64,000 bases of DNA from a virus. Location: positions 2,322 through 66,321 of IMG/VR virus record IMGVR_UViG_3300045999_010503. One strand, 5' to 3'. Below are positions 18,000-26,808 of the stretch, one piece after another. Position 1 is the first letter of the stretch, and each line of letters opens with the position of its first letter. Below the pieces are notes generated by a model, which was given only the letters and a program-made list of their open reading frames with translations, made no database searches and was not told where the DNA came from. A program made the translations under genes and the position numbers.

Positions 18000-18767
18000 T
18001 CAGATTTGAGCCTGGTCTTGCGCCGAGCGGAGCTGGGGCACGAGGGCCGCGATCTTGGCCTGCTGACTCTGCCAGAGCGGCGAGTCGGCCACGCCGCGCG
18101 CGACGGTGGACAGGAACGGCGCCTTGCGGTCGATCAGGGCGAGCAGCTCCCCCGTCGCGGCGGTGGCGTTGCCGGTGGCGAGCTTGAGGTAGATCCCGGC
18201 GGCCCACCCGAGCGCGGTGAGCACCGCCAGGCCGCCGGAGGCCCAGAGGGCTTTGGTGTAACGCCCCGCCAAGACGGCGTTGTGCGCGGCGATGCTGCGC
18301 GCGCGGGCCTCGGAGGCGGCGAGTTCTCCGCGCAGGGCGGTGAGCTGCGCGGAGGCGGACTCGTCGGCGGCGCGCTGCGCGGCACGCAACCGTTCGCCCT
18401 CGGCACGCAGGGCCTCGTTATCCGAGAGCAGGGCCTCGACCTGGGCGCGCACGCTGGCGAGCTGCGCAACGGTGAGCGGACCGTTTACCTCGGCGAGCAG
18501 GGCGGATGCCTGGCCGGCGGCCTCGCTCGCCACTTCGACCGGGCGCGAGGCGGGCGCGGTGAGCAGGGCGATGACGGCCTCCTGCACGCGCTCCTGCGCG
18601 CGCCGCAGCACGTCGCCCTCCGTGGTCGCGACCTTCGCCTCGGCCTTGACCACGGCGCGCTCGCCACGTGCGGCCCACCAGCCGAAGGGGCCGGAGCCGC
18701 CCGTAGTGGAGCAGCCACTACCGACGAGGGCGAGCGTGATGAGCAGGAGGTGGGCGGCGGTTTTCAT
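18000..18767 (-). CDS. Lipoprotein with coiled coil and C-terminal TM (unimolecular-spanin-like topology)
   Basis: Lipobox-like LVGSGC; Ala-rich coil; TM LWASGGLAVLTALGWAAGIYL. Confidence 0.6.
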   Translation of the reverse strand: MKTAAHLLLITLALVGSGCSTTGGSGPFGWWAARGERAVVKAEAKVATTEGDVLRRAQERVQEAVIALLTAPASRPVEVASEAAGQASALLAEVNGPLTVAQLASVRAQVEALLSDNEALRAEGERLRAAQRAADESASAQLTALRGELAASEARARSIAAHNAVLAGRYTKALWASGGLAVLTALGWAAGIYLKLATGNATAATGELLALIDRKAPFLSTVARGVADSPLWQSQQAKIAALVPQLRSAQDQAQI

Positions 18768-18898
18768 CGTGCGAGGTCGATCCAGAGCGCGAGCCCGAGG
18801 CCGGCGAGGGCGAGCGCAAGCGCGACGTGCCAGAGCTCGATTTTCTTACGCGGGCTCATGCCGCGACGAGTCGGGACGAAGGGGTCGGTGTTTTTCAT
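18764..18898 (-). CDS. 44-aa single-TM protein (holin candidate)
   Basis: Manual translation MKNTDPFVPTRRGMSPRKKIELWHVALALALAGLGLALWIDLAR; 4-bp overlaps on both sides. Confidence 0.55.
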   Translation of the reverse strand: MKNTDPFVPTRRGMSPRKKIELWHVALALALAGLGLALWIDLAR

Positions 18899-20061
18899 GG
18901 CCGGCTAGTGAAGGCCGAAATGTTCGGGAATCGCAGAGCAGAAGAGGAGCCGGGCAGCAGGGTCTCCATCGCGGATTGGATGGCTCCGGTTTTGCCAACG
19001 AGGGTCCCCATGCCGTCGTCGTTCACGCCTCCTCCGGTCCACCCCTTGCCGAGAAGCACAAGCTCTCCGTTGACCGGCACTCCGACGAATGAACCTGAGT
19101 CACCGGAAACCCATTCGAGATACCACGGGGCGAGTTCAGATGGACGAGCCGTATTCGACACCCCGAGGCCGGAGTTCAGGAACCCGAGGCCAAGCTGGAA
19201 TCCCTGCGAGCCTCCGAACTCACGTTTGCCTTTGACCACTGGCAACCGGGAGGACGCGACGGTTGATCCGGCGCGAAACTTATCCGACCAGTTCGCGGGC
19301 GGGATGGCGATGGGAGTGATGTCTGTGAAGGGCGAGTCGAACATCACGAGCATCTGGTCACCGCCGAGGTCCACGCCTGCTGTCACGGTTCGGGTCTGGA
19401 CTACGTTGCCGTTGGTGATGAGAGCGTGAGTCGAACCGACCACGTTCGCGACCACCCACGGCCAATGATGACACAGGACGCTGAAACGGGGGTGGATCAT
19501 CGCGCCTTGATGCCACCGCGCACCCACCGGACAGTGGATGGCCGACACGTCCCACGGCACCCAGAGGCTCGTGTTGCGGATGTCACTCGGAGCGACATTC
19601 ATCGTGGTCGGGCTTGGGGTCTTTCCAGCCACCGCCGCCTTGATCGCAGCGTCGATATGGTGAGCGAGTGTGCCGGGGGTCCATCCAGTTAGCTCGGAGT
19701 AGACTCCGCCGCTCACGGTGGAGACGAACGTCCCCGCCCGCTTCTTGATTCGGCCCACCTGCACGTTGACCGTGATATTGGACGAATAGGAAGTGGCGGT
19801 GACTCGACCGTTCGAGGCGATAGTGGCCGGCCCGACAACCGACCACTCAGGAGTAGTCGAAGTGCCTGAAACAACCCCTTGAACCTCTTGGACGACTGTG
19901 TCGGTGAACGAGGCATATTGGGAGTCAAAATCCGTAGCGGGGGCGAACCCGGGAGTGACGACTCGGGACACCGGATTCAGAGCAACGGTGAATGGGTCGT
20001 CCGAGACCAAAGGGCCGCGTGACGTGACGCCGGTAGGGGAGCCTCTTCGCGTCGTGCTCAT
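18895..20061 (-). CDS. Ig-like domain plus trypsin-like serine protease
   Basis: WSVVGPATIASNGRVTA (Big2-like); MIHPRFSVLCHH, D in GGDQML, GDSGS. Confidence 0.7.
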   Translation of the reverse strand: MSTTRRGSPTGVTSRGPLVSDDPFTVALNPVSRVVTPGFAPATDFDSQYASFTDTVVQEVQGVVSGTSTTPEWSVVGPATIASNGRVTATSYSSNITVNVQVGRIKKRAGTFVSTVSGGVYSELTGWTPGTLAHHIDAAIKAAVAGKTPSPTTMNVAPSDIRNTSLWVPWDVSAIHCPVGARWHQGAMIHPRFSVLCHHWPWVVANVVGSTHALITNGNVVQTRTVTAGVDLGGDQMLVMFDSPFTDITPIAIPPANWSDKFRAGSTVASSRLPVVKGKREFGGSQGFQLGLGFLNSGLGVSNTARPSELAPWYLEWVSGDSGSFVGVPVNGELVLLGKGWTGGGVNDDGMGTLVGKTGAIQSAMETLLPGSSSALRFPNISAFTSRP

Positions 20062-20459
20062 GGCGTGAAAATCGCGTCGCGCTCAGCTTGGGTGATGACT
20101 TGCGCCTGAACCAACGCAGCGAACCCGGCGATGGTCTGCGGATGATCCATGAACATCTCTCCCTGCCCCATCGCCTCCGAGAGCCAAATGAAGATTGCGG
20201 GGCTTTGTAGTGACGTGGCAACTACACGCTCATACACTCCCGGTGCCTTGGCCCGGCAGTGGCGAACGAACTCCAACCAGTTATCGAAGCGCAGAGGACC
20301 TGCCGGCGCGGACGGCTCACGTTGCCAGCCCTCGGGTAGTTGATCGGCGGATACGAGGGAGTAGCCCTCGGGCGGAGTCCAGTGCTCGGGGATGTCGGGA
20401 CCGACGAAGGTCTGAACACGCCCGGTGGAGATGGAGACGAGTGCGAATTGAGTGCTCAT
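20058..20459 (-). CDS. Tail fibre assembly-like protein
   Basis: Downstream of the fibre; HPQTIAGFAALVQAQVITQAERDAIF C-terminus. Confidence 0.6.
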   Translation of the reverse strand: MSTQFALVSISTGRVQTFVGPDIPEHWTPPEGYSLVSADQLPEGWQREPSAPAGPLRFDNWLEFVRHCRAKAPGVYERVVATSLQSPAIFIWLSEAMGQGEMFMDHPQTIAGFAALVQAQVITQAERDAIFTP

Positions 20460-20465
20460 GGTAGG

Positions 20466-23180
20466 TCAGTAACGGACGGTGAGTCGGAGGATACCGGCGG
20501 CTCCATTGCCGCCTCGCTTTCCGGTCGTGCCATTGGTGGATGCGCCCGCGCCCGCTCCCCCTCCTCCGGGGAAATAACCGTCCCCACCCTGCCCACCTCC
20601 ACCGGCATTGTTACCGCCACCACCGGAAGCCGAGAACGCTCCCCACAAAACAAGGGGACCACCGTAGGTCGCGGTTACTCCGTCTCCGCCACCCGCCGCG
20701 CCAACAGTCGCAGTCCAATTGTTGTTCGTGATAAACGCTGCGGTGCTCGGACCTGATACGCCCCCGCCTGCGTAATGGTTGTTGCTGGCGTCGATGCCGC
20801 CACCCCCTGCGCCACCGCTACCTCCGGGGATTTCAAAGTCAGTCGATATGCCGATAGAGGAGCCCGCCGCGGAGACGCTACCCGCGCCGCCTTGCGTCCC
20901 GGGGCGGTTGCAGTAACCCCCTCGGGTGCTCTGCGCTCCGCCAGTGGTCGTCCCGGCGCGTCCCCGTCCGTTACCGGTGGGGTATAACGTGCCCGGGGCA
21001 AGTATCTGCGTGCCTCCACCGGAAATACTGGTATCCCCACCATGAGTGCCGGGGTTGCCGTCCGTGTTATCAGTCGTGGGAGCCGCTCCGCCAAGCCCAC
21101 CGGCACCGATGGTCGCCGTGATCGTCGCTCCGCCGCCCCCGAAGGTCGAAGCGGGCACCTCGATGTCGAGGCCGTTGCCGCCGCTCCCACCCCCGCCACC
21201 GCCCCGCGCCGTGCCAGCCGCGCCACGTCGGCCAGACCCAGCGCCAGAGCCGCCAGACAGAAGCTCGCAACGAATGGAGCGTGCGCGGATGGGGAGCGCC
21301 CACGTGAACGGACCGGGGAGCGCGCCGGTAGACCCGGCAGGACCGCCAGTGTCGCGACGGAAGATGAAGGACTCCTCCATCGGCATACGTGAAACCAACG
21401 ACCAGTTTGTGCCGTCGAACTGGCAACGCATGACCACCCGGCGAGCGGTCCCGTTGCCGATTGCCTCGTCAATCAGCGTCCCGCCGCTGGTGAGGTTGCG
21501 CAGTTCGATTCGCGGGTTGTTCGAGGCAGGCAGATCAACGTTGACCGTGATGAACGCGCCTGCGTGTGCGTTGGTCGATTGGAGCGTGACCGTGTGGGTG
21601 TATCCACCCGCGCCAGCCCCGGCGGTGATCGTCGCCACCTCGTTCGGCTGAGTCGCCAGAAGCGCGAGATTTGTGTTGCCAGCGGCGGACACGGTGGCCG
21701 TGAACGCACCGGCTAGGACAACCTTCCCCGCGACCGTCGCGGTCGCGTCGGGGACGGTGCCACCAATCGGTTCCTGCGCGAGTTGAATGAAGCTGAACGC
21801 CCCGCCACCTTCATCGACAGTGTGAAACGTCACGATGGTCTGAGCGGGGATCAAAAGATCGTAACCGCCAATCGTGTCGGAGATGTAGGCCCAAACCGTC
21901 CCGATGTTCGCAACCCGGAGGCCCATCCGGGCAGAGTTCACGACAAACAGGGTATCACCGTCACCAAACAGGATCAATTGCGTGCCGTTCTCCACCGTAG
22001 CCCAATTCGTATCATATTTGAGGATACTGCTTCCGCCTCCTGCGGCGAGCACCCCAGCGGTGTTCACGCCGTCGCCGATGCCGAGTTTCACGCGGGTAGG
22101 GGCGGTGAGACTATCGACTCGGGCGAAGAGGTGGCGCAGACCCGGGATCGTGGTCGTGTCACTCTCCAAGAGCATCTGCGGGATGATCGGGCCGACCAGT
22201 TCACCGTTCTCCAGTAGGGCAGGGGTCTTCCGCTCCAGCACCTCCAACCCGTAGAGCCCGCCTTGCGGAATGGAGCTAAACTGGACGGCCTCGCCGGGGG
22301 CAATGACGATTGGACCACCGGTGCCGGAAGAGGTCAGAGTGAAGTCCTCAACACCGAGGTTGTGGACGAGAACAGCGGTGCGGATCGCCGTGGCTGCGCG
22401 ACCGCCTCCGAAGACGACGTAGCTTTCCCCGTCCACAACCTCGGCCCACGCGGCGGGGAGGAGGATGGCGTCGCCCGACGCCCCCGTCGTCAGCCGCACC
22501 CAGACCTTCTCATTGGTGCTGGCCGCGTAATCGTCGGGACGGACAACGCCGGCGCCGACGTCCTCGGCAGTCGTGCCCGCCTGGAGCTGCCAGGTCTGGA
22601 GCAGCCCCCCGATTAGGATCTGCACCAAGACTCCGACGCCTAATCCCGAAGTCGGGATTCCGTCGAGGGCGTCGGTGCCGCCGGTGAGGGCGGTGATCGT
22701 GCGGTAGAAGGTGAGCGTGGTCCCCGTGGGGTATGCGTTCGGCGTGGACTCGCTACCGCGGAACAGATCGTTCTCGATCACGCAGCGCAGCGCACGGGTG
22801 GTCGTCTGGCGCCCGCTGGTGATGAACCCGATCTCCGCGGTGGCGGTGAGACTCGAGACGTCGGTCCCGCCGCCCAAGCCCAGCGCCGCATCGAGCGGGG
22901 TCGTGGCGAGGTTCGGCTGGCAAGTCCAGTAGGCCGTCGTGCCGCTGCCCGACTTCACGAAGTCCGTCGCCAGCACGAGGGGGTCCCCATCATGCACCCC
23001 CGCCGGCTTGACGCAGAAGAAGAGGCTGTCCGGGGTCGGGTCGACGACGACGTTGTTCTGGACGAACTGGATCTCCAGGTCGAGGGCGTCGCCGCGAGTC
23101 AGGTAGAGGCTGGCAACGGCTTGGCGGACGCCAGGGCCCGCGATGACTTGGCGAAGGTCGAGGTCAACGGTGAGACGCAT
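20466..23180 (-). CDS. Tail fibre / receptor-binding protein
   Basis: BppU-like N-terminus (LTRGD), duplicated internal module, Gly-rich C-terminal domain. Confidence 0.8.
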   Translation of the reverse strand: MRLTVDLDLRQVIAGPGVRQAVASLYLTRGDALDLEIQFVQNNVVVDPTPDSLFFCVKPAGVHDGDPLVLATDFVKSGSGTTAYWTCQPNLATTPLDAALGLGGGTDVSSLTATAEIGFITSGRQTTTRALRCVIENDLFRGSESTPNAYPTGTTLTFYRTITALTGGTDALDGIPTSGLGVGVLVQILIGGLLQTWQLQAGTTAEDVGAGVVRPDDYAASTNEKVWVRLTTGASGDAILLPAAWAEVVDGESYVVFGGGRAATAIRTAVLVHNLGVEDFTLTSSGTGGPIVIAPGEAVQFSSIPQGGLYGLEVLERKTPALLENGELVGPIIPQMLLESDTTTIPGLRHLFARVDSLTAPTRVKLGIGDGVNTAGVLAAGGGSSILKYDTNWATVENGTQLILFGDGDTLFVVNSARMGLRVANIGTVWAYISDTIGGYDLLIPAQTIVTFHTVDEGGGAFSFIQLAQEPIGGTVPDATATVAGKVVLAGAFTATVSAAGNTNLALLATQPNEVATITAGAGAGGYTHTVTLQSTNAHAGAFITVNVDLPASNNPRIELRNLTSGGTLIDEAIGNGTARRVVMRCQFDGTNWSLVSRMPMEESFIFRRDTGGPAGSTGALPGPFTWALPIRARSIRCELLSGGSGAGSGRRGAAGTARGGGGGGSGGNGLDIEVPASTFGGGGATITATIGAGGLGGAAPTTDNTDGNPGTHGGDTSISGGGTQILAPGTLYPTGNGRGRAGTTTGGAQSTRGGYCNRPGTQGGAGSVSAAGSSIGISTDFEIPGGSGGAGGGGIDASNNHYAGGGVSGPSTAAFITNNNWTATVGAAGGGDGVTATYGGPLVLWGAFSASGGGGNNAGGGGQGGDGYFPGGGGAGAGASTNGTTGKRGGNGAAGILRLTVRY

Positions 23181-23204
23181 ATCCCGACGTCGGGACGTCA
23201 ACCT

Positions 23205-25142
23205 TCAGAGCACCGGCTCCATACGCACGACCGTCGCGGCCTCGAGGAACACGCTGGCTCCGCGAACGGCCGACGAGACGTAGTAATCCGCGGCGAGCGC
23301 GTTGGCGGGCACCACCTCGGTTCGCTCGATCTCGGAAATGACGTCCCCCTCGGGGTCCGGCTCGTTCAGGGCTACCGGCCGATCCAGATACCAGCCGCCG
23401 GTCGGCGCATAGGTGAAGGTCCGCGTCCATTCACTCGGGGTCCGCGTCACCGTCACCGATCCGAGGCCGTCGCGATGCGAGTGGAAGACATTCACGATTC
23501 CATTGCACGTGCCCGTCTTCACCGTGACCACCCCGATGGTGGACGAGTCCCATTCGGGGAGACCCGTGGTCGCGGAGTAGGCGCGCACCGTGGTCAGGGT
23601 GGCGGTGCCGACGCAGGGCCAGCGATCCGCCGCGTGGTTCTGCGCAGTTCGGACGGTGGTGTCCGTCTCTACCCGGAAGCGAATCGGCACTAGGTCGGTG
23701 CTTGTTCCGTCGAGCGCCGCATGGCCTGCGATCCAGAGCCGGCGGCGCTGCCGGTAGAGCACCCGGAAACCGACTTGTGGGAGTTCTGTGCCGCCTGCGT
23801 CGATCACGTCGGCGTCGTAGAGGTATCCCGTGTCGGTCATGGCCGCCAGGACGACTTCGTGGATCGGGGTTTCTCCGTCGGCGGAGATGGGTAGGTCGAT
23901 GTTGCCCGCCCCGGTGCGCAGTCGGAGCTTCATCCCACTCACCCACTCCGTCTTGTCGGCCAACAATCCGCGCACGCGCGTCGCCCATACGAAGCCTTGC
24001 GCGAGGCTCAAGCCTCCGACCAGTTGGAGGTTCCCGATCCCCTGCCCGTCGCGCCGGTAGCGGAATTGCTTCTCCGCGGTGGCACTCCACCTAAGATCGC
24101 TCGGCGACCACGCGCCAAACTCGTCGTGGTAGGGGTGTGTGATTGGCTCGCTGAGGAGCGTGCTTCGGCTGGCGACGAAGTAGCCGCCAGAGCTATCCGC
24201 GACGACCAGCATCCGGTTGCGTCGCGTGACCTCCTTCCATTTCACGCGGCGCGCGTAGGGCACTGCCGTCCCGCTCAAGCGGTATCGACCCGCAACCGAG
24301 AAAGCCCACCTATCGTCGGCTCCGCCTCCGCTGGCATCTGCGCTATTGGAAGCCACGGGACCATCTCCATTCCCCAGCGGCCCGACGTTCCCGCTAGCCG
24401 CAGCCGCCTGCGCGCGGGCGTAGCAGTCCGCCCACGTGCAGGGGTCGCTCAGTGTCACCGAAAACTCCTCGTCAGCGCAGTCCGGTTCCCGAGCGGCGGT
24501 CAGTCCGTCCGCCGTGGTCCAGGTCTGGCCGTAGCCGGAGTCGCGGAACGAAAAGGGCGCGTAGCGCCCCGGAGTTGAGCTGACAAACGTCCACCCGGAC
24601 AGCGCGCACCCGCTGCCGTCCTCGTATCGCTCCAGCGTGTCCCCCGTGGGCAGCGCGCCGAGCCCCCACACAGTGCCGGTCCACACCAGCCCGGGGTGCG
24701 TCTGCGCCCCGCCCGCGACCCAGTGCTCGTAGTAGGACGTGAAGGGTGGCACACGCCGGGTAGTCCCCGAGCTGGTCCACGTCTTGTAGAGCTTGTAGTC
24801 CACGGCCGGGAGCGGGGGCGGTGGGGGGTCAAAGTCGTAATTGTCCGGCGTAAACGCCTCGAATCCCCACGCTTGAAACGTAACCGTCCGACGTTGGAAA
24901 AAAGCGGCCGTGGTTTCACTGGTCCCACCCACGGCGGTCACCGCGTTCCAGGCGCCGATCTCGGGGCCGAGGAACCCGGCGTCCGGGGCTTCCTCCAAGT
25001 CCGCCCCGTAGGTATGGTTCCCTGGGCGCGTGCCTGAGTGGGCAGCGTCGAAGCTCGCGTTCCAATCCCGCAAAGGGTTCGCGGAGTTAAACCACCGCGC
25101 CCGGCTGAACGGCGCCCGGTAGTCGTTAGGCAACCGCGGCAT
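23205..25142 (-). CDS. Tail/baseplate protein
   Basis: 645-aa Thr/Gly/aromatic-rich ORF in the tail module. Confidence 0.6.
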   Translation of the reverse strand: MPRLPNDYRAPFSRARWFNSANPLRDWNASFDAAHSGTRPGNHTYGADLEEAPDAGFLGPEIGAWNAVTAVGGTSETTAAFFQRRTVTFQAWGFEAFTPDNYDFDPPPPPLPAVDYKLYKTWTSSGTTRRVPPFTSYYEHWVAGGAQTHPGLVWTGTVWGLGALPTGDTLERYEDGSGCALSGWTFVSSTPGRYAPFSFRDSGYGQTWTTADGLTAAREPDCADEEFSVTLSDPCTWADCYARAQAAAASGNVGPLGNGDGPVASNSADASGGGADDRWAFSVAGRYRLSGTAVPYARRVKWKEVTRRNRMLVVADSSGGYFVASRSTLLSEPITHPYHDEFGAWSPSDLRWSATAEKQFRYRRDGQGIGNLQLVGGLSLAQGFVWATRVRGLLADKTEWVSGMKLRLRTGAGNIDLPISADGETPIHEVVLAAMTDTGYLYDADVIDAGGTELPQVGFRVLYRQRRRLWIAGHAALDGTSTDLVPIRFRVETDTTVRTAQNHAADRWPCVGTATLTTVRAYSATTGLPEWDSSTIGVVTVKTGTCNGIVNVFHSHRDGLGSVTVTRTPSEWTRTFTYAPTGGWYLDRPVALNEPDPEGDVISEIERTEVVPANALAADYYVSSAVRGASVFLEAATVVRMEPVL

Positions 25143-25767
25143 CGGGTGTCCTCCACCAAGACAGGGAGCGGGTGAAGTTCAGCACTTGCCCGAGGGCGTT
25201 GGTGCTGACGTTCGCCAAGTGGGTGGCGACCACGATGGACCCGCTGCCAGTGTTTTTGATCTCCGTGATCGCGCCACCCGTCCCGGAGACGACGTATCCG
25301 AGAGGCACATACAGGAACGCAGGCGGGGCGCCGGTCGTCTCGTCGAAAGGGGCCTGGGGATAGGCGGAGGGGTTGGTGTCGAAGACAAAGGCCAGACTCG
25401 TGCAAATCAGCGGTTGGGCTTGGTTGAGCCCGATCTTTGCCCACACGTAGACGGTGCCGGGGCCGTCGAGGTAGAAGAGCGCCGCCGTGAAGGCGCTCGG
25501 TGCGGGCACTACGCCGCCCGCCGTCCCCCAGGTCACCCAGACGGGGTTGCCGAGCTGGCCCCCGGGGCGCACCCAGCCCGGCGGCGCGGTCTTGGTCAGA
25601 GTCAGAGCGCCGGCCTCCGCGGCCGACGTCGCGCGACGCCGGGGCAGATCCGCGGTCAGGATGCGCCGGCCGCCGGGGAGGACCTGCACGCGCAGCCCCG
25701 GCCCGGCCAAGGAGACCGAGTCGATGCCGCTTGACCGACGGATGCCCCGCTCGCGTTTAAGGCCCAT
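25126..25767 (-). CDS. Tail protein
   Basis: Position and beta-rich composition. Confidence 0.55.
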   Translation of the reverse strand: MGLKRERGIRRSSGIDSVSLAGPGLRVQVLPGGRRILTADLPRRRATSAAEAGALTLTKTAPPGWVRPGGQLGNPVWVTWGTAGGVVPAPSAFTAALFYLDGPGTVYVWAKIGLNQAQPLICTSLAFVFDTNPSAYPQAPFDETTGAPPAFLYVPLGYVVSGTGGAITEIKNTGSGSIVVATHLANVSTNALGQVLNFTRSLSWWRTPDAAVA

Positions 25768-26440
25768 AGAGAGTTGAGTTCCAGCCCGCAGGGCCGCTTA
25801 GGAGCCACTCGCGGCGGATGGTGAACGTCTTGGCCTTCTGCTCGTAGCTCAGGCTGCCGAAAAGCCAATTCCGGCCGGACGGGGTCGGCGGCGTCCCGTT
25901 GGGGCTGTCAATCTTGCCGATGCTCGCCAGCTCGCTCCCCGTCGGCCGGGTCTTGCTGACACGCGTCTCCCGCCACACGGCGCTGGCGTTCAGGTAGGCC
26001 TTCACGCCGATGAACTCGCCGGACTTGAAGCCGATGAAGAGGCCGTCCTCGTCAAACACCGCGCCCGCCGTGGTCGACCCGGGGGCGGGCGGAGGGCCGT
26101 CGAGACCCGCGAACGTAGCAAAATCGGGATTGGTCTCCAGCGGCTCCTGGCCGGTGCTGATGTCGAGCGCGTAGATTGGGTCAGGACTGCCCTGGACACC
26201 GAAGTAGTCGCCCACGATGTCCCACGAGCCGTCGTCGCGGCGGCTGATAGTGCGCTTGTCCATCTCGAGGAAGGACCAGCGGGGGTGATTGCTGAAGATG
26301 GCGACCTGCCCCTCGGGATTCGGGCCGTGATACCACCAGACGGCGCGGGCGGCGGACATGCCGTAGCGGTCGGTGACGAGCTGCCCGCCCGTGGTGAGGA
26401 CAAGTTTGGAAGAGGCGTCGTCGTGGAGCGTGAGCGGCAC
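25757..26440 (-). CDS. Tail hub/distal-tail-like protein
   Basis: Follows the tape measure gene; EPLETNPDF and WLLSGPAGWN motifs. Confidence 0.6.
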   Translation of the reverse strand: MPLTLHDDASSKLVLTTGGQLVTDRYGMSAARAVWWYHGPNPEGQVAIFSNHPRWSFLEMDKRTISRRDDGSWDIVGDYFGVQGSPDPIYALDISTGQEPLETNPDFATFAGLDGPPPAPGSTTAGAVFDEDGLFIGFKSGEFIGVKAYLNASAVWRETRVSKTRPTGSELASIGKIDSPNGTPPTPSGRNWLFGSLSYEQKAKTFTIRREWLLSGPAGWNSTLYGP

Positions 26441-26484
26441 GCCGATTGGTTGACGTCAACCAGGGTAGCCGTAGGGTAGACGGC

Positions 26485-26808
26485 ATGAAGAAGCTGATGC
26501 TGGTTCTGGCGATGCTGGCCTTGGTGGGGTGCGGCGGACCGAGCGCGGAGCAGCAAGCAAAGACGACGGAGCTCGTGGCGCTCATTATGGCCACCTCCCC
26601 GAAGGAGGACTGGGCCCCGGTCCACGCCCGCATCGCTGCCGCGGAACTCCCCGCGGATATCTCGAGGCGGCTGTGGTTGCTTGCCGGGGCTCGCGAGGAC
26701 AGCCCCGACATCCTCGACGACCGCCCCTCGGCAAAAGAGCACCGAAGCCGGGTGGTCGCCGAGGCGAGCCGGCTCGCCCCCGATTTCCTCCAGCGCCCTG
26801 TCGACTAG
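26485..26808 (+). CDS. Counter-oriented lipoprotein (moron, superinfection-exclusion candidate)
   Basis: MKKLMLVLAMLALVGC lipobox; own TTGACG-N16-TAGGGT promoter. Confidence 0.75.
   Translation: MKKLMLVLAMLALVGCGGPSAEQQAKTTELVALIMATSPKEDWAPVHARIAAAELPADISRRLWLLAGAREDSPDILDDRPSAKEHRSRVVAEASRLAPDFLQRPVD

Noticed and set aside
20466-25142. Diversity-generating retroelement or invertible fibre cassette
   Set aside because: No reverse transcriptase, invertase or TR/VR pair seen
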